NCBI GenBank assembly: GCA_013265495.1
Contig: MU058198.1
Coordinates: forward strand, 5,781,779 to 5,845,778
DNA length: 64,000 nucleotides
Direction: 5' to 3'
Origin: Vicugna vicugna
Lineage: Eukaryota
In this document: positions 62,200 through 64,000 of the stretch, piece after piece
How positions within the stretch are numbered: the first letter of the stretch is position 1
Layout: the number at the start of each line of letters is the position of its first letter
Made by a program: the position numbers and the translations under genes
Notes under the pieces: model-generated
Seen by the model: the letters and a program-made list of their open reading frames with translations, nothing else
What the model was told of the DNA's origin: nothing
Databases searched by the model: none

Positions 62200-62420
62200 A
62201 GTAGTTATAAACCAGTGGCCACCCCATCTCCCACCCCAGAGGGCATTTGGCAAAGCCTGGAAACATTCTGTTTGCTACGGTGGGGGTGGGGATTGCTTCT
62301 AGAATCTAGTGGGTAGAGGTCGAGGATGCTGCTAATCACCCCACAATGCACAGGACGGTCCCTATAATGACAAAGAATTCTCCAGCTCAAAACGTCAGTA
62401 GCGCCAAGGTTGAGAAACTC
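62200..62420. mobile_element. MER20 (hAT-Charlie)
   Basis: catttggcaa..ctggaaacatt...atctagtgggtagagg...ggatgctgctaa...acaatgcacaggac...gccaaggttgagaaac. Confidence 0.8.
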
Positions 62421-62894
62421 AGAAAGTGGGGAGCTACAGGATGATTCTCAACCAAAAGAGAGAGATTCAACGTTGGGAATTCTGACAGCTGAGTCAGTGG
62501 TGGCCTGGAGACAGTGTAATTCAGGACTTTTTTTCCTGTTCTCCTGGGAAATCTGTGAGGTAAGCAGGCAGGAGTCTACTGATCCTCAGCCAGAAGCACT
62601 AAGCTCTGGCTTCATTCCTCCCAGATGGCAAATCGTGCAAAGCACAGTGAGTCCGTAACACCTACGAGGTTCTTGAGAGAAGTTTCTCTCTCCTGAGAAA
62701 GTGTGCTCACTCAGCACTTACTGGCTATGTGCTCTTGAGCAAGTGTCTTACTTTCTCTGTGCCTTTTCCTCATCTGTGAAATGGGCCTAAGAGTAGTACT
62801 TAATTCCTAGAGTTTTCGTAAGGATTGATTAATATATGGAATGGGCCTATAACAGGGTCTGGCACATAGGGCCACACTGCTACGTAAGTGTCAG

Positions 62895-63345
62895 CTCTTA
62901 TCATCCTCTCATCCACCGCCACCACCACCACCATCCTTATCATCATCATCATCATCCCTACTATCATTTTCGTCATCATTGACTTTATCATCCCCACCAC
63001 TATTATCGTCATCGACTTCAGCATCCCCACCGCTATCATCAACATCATCGATGTCAGCATCCCCACCGCTATCATCAACATCATCGATGTCAGCATCCCC
63101 ACTGCTATCATCAGCATCACCACCATCACCATTAACATCATCATCCCCATCACCACCATTATCATCTCCACCAGAACCATCATATCATCATCATCACCAT
63201 CATCTTCATCATTTCTTTTAGGGAAAGCCTGTTTATTGAACCTGTCTCCCCCCCTTACACAATTATCATCACCACCAGAACCATCACATCATCATCATAA
63301 TCATCATCATTTCTTTTAGGGAAAGCCTGTTTACTGAACCTGTCT
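62895..63345. repeat. (CAT/CAC)n low-complexity tract with a 36-bp higher-order repeat and a terminal ~85-90 bp duplication
   Basis: tcagcatccccaccgctatcatcaacatcatcgatg repeated ~3 times; copies at 63158-63247 and 63262-63345 both end in tttagggaaagcctgttta(t/c)tgaacctgtct. Confidence 0.9.
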
Positions 63346-64000
63346 TACCTGAGGTTTGATTGGATGTCATTCTGCCCCAAGGGTGGCAGCAAAAGGGATC
63401 GACCCTCAGCCCCTTTGACACAGTCTCTTGGCTGCGTCCACAGACATTTGTGTAGGGTTGTTACCAATCCCTCTGTCTCCACCCATCAAAACCAAGTGAG
63501 TCAAGCCAGCTTGAAGGTCCCAGATGGCTCCAACTCTTGGAATGAGTCCACTGAATCTCTTCTGTTAAAGTGCAAAATGACAAAAAGCCAAGTCACAGAT
63601 GTCCAAACAGAGGTCAAAATTTCTGCTGTGGAGAAAGAGAGTCTGGAGGTTGGTTGCAGCTGATATGACGCAGCTGTTCAAAGACATCAGGGCTCCCATT
63701 GTCTGGAAAAGCCTTCTCACCTTACAGGAATCCCAGATAACTGGCTGTGGCTGGAGTTGCTTTCGTAGTTCTTAGACGTCAGGGCTCCCACACTGCGGTT
63801 GTCTTGGCCTTCGTTAATGCGAGGTGGTCTGTGTTCACAGCAGGAAGGCCTGTTCTATCAGGCATGCATTGCCCTGAAGCACCCCCCTCCCCAGTACAGA
63901 CTTCTATTTGTGCTTCATTGGCAGAACCCCTAGGACAAAGGGGGCTAGGAAAGCTGGAGTAGGATTGTCATGATTGGCTGAAACAAATCATGCCCCATTG

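Noticed and set aside
62800..63319. Met-rich (-) and Ile/Thr/His-rich (+) ORFs
   Set aside because: Translations of the (CAT)n simple repeat.
41400..64000. IL4R or other coding exons in the right third
   Set aside because: No second CpG island or recognisable exon; the sequence is dominated by interspersed repeats. IL4R is only expected beyond the window from synteny.

Overview
Mammalian genomic DNA, very probably camelid (alpaca/llama/camel): four copies of a tRNA-Ala(AGC)-derived SINE resembling the camelid vic-1 family are present, and I recognised no Alu, Bov-tA/BovB or PRE-1 elements. The window holds two tail-to-tail genes. On + are the last four coding exons of KDM8/JMJD5 (1743-4876), with the JmjC HxD...H triad intact. 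On - is the complete NSMCE1 gene (SMC5/6 subunit NSE1): a non-coding exon 1 in a CpG island at ~41.1 kb and seven coding exons (34510 down to 9256) that join into an 801-nt, 266-aa ORF with GT-AG introns throughout. The remaining ~23 kb is repeat-rich intergenic DNA (L1, MIR, MaLR/ERVL LTRs, hAT/Tigger DNA transposons, SINEs); by human synteny it leads towards IL4R, which is not in the window. Nearly all long ORFs in the supplied track are spurious or L1-derived. I found no convincing new protein-coding system. The best leads are regulatory: an overlapping NF-kB/STAT6 site within an immune-motif cluster in NSMCE1 intron 2; two upstream ATGs in NSMCE1 exon 1 (one in frame, one overlapping uORF whose stop overlaps Met11); a CTCF motif next to the exon 3 donor; and a bidirectional poly(A)-signal patch between the genes. 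Repeat family names are from memory of consensus sequences and their boundaries are approximate.
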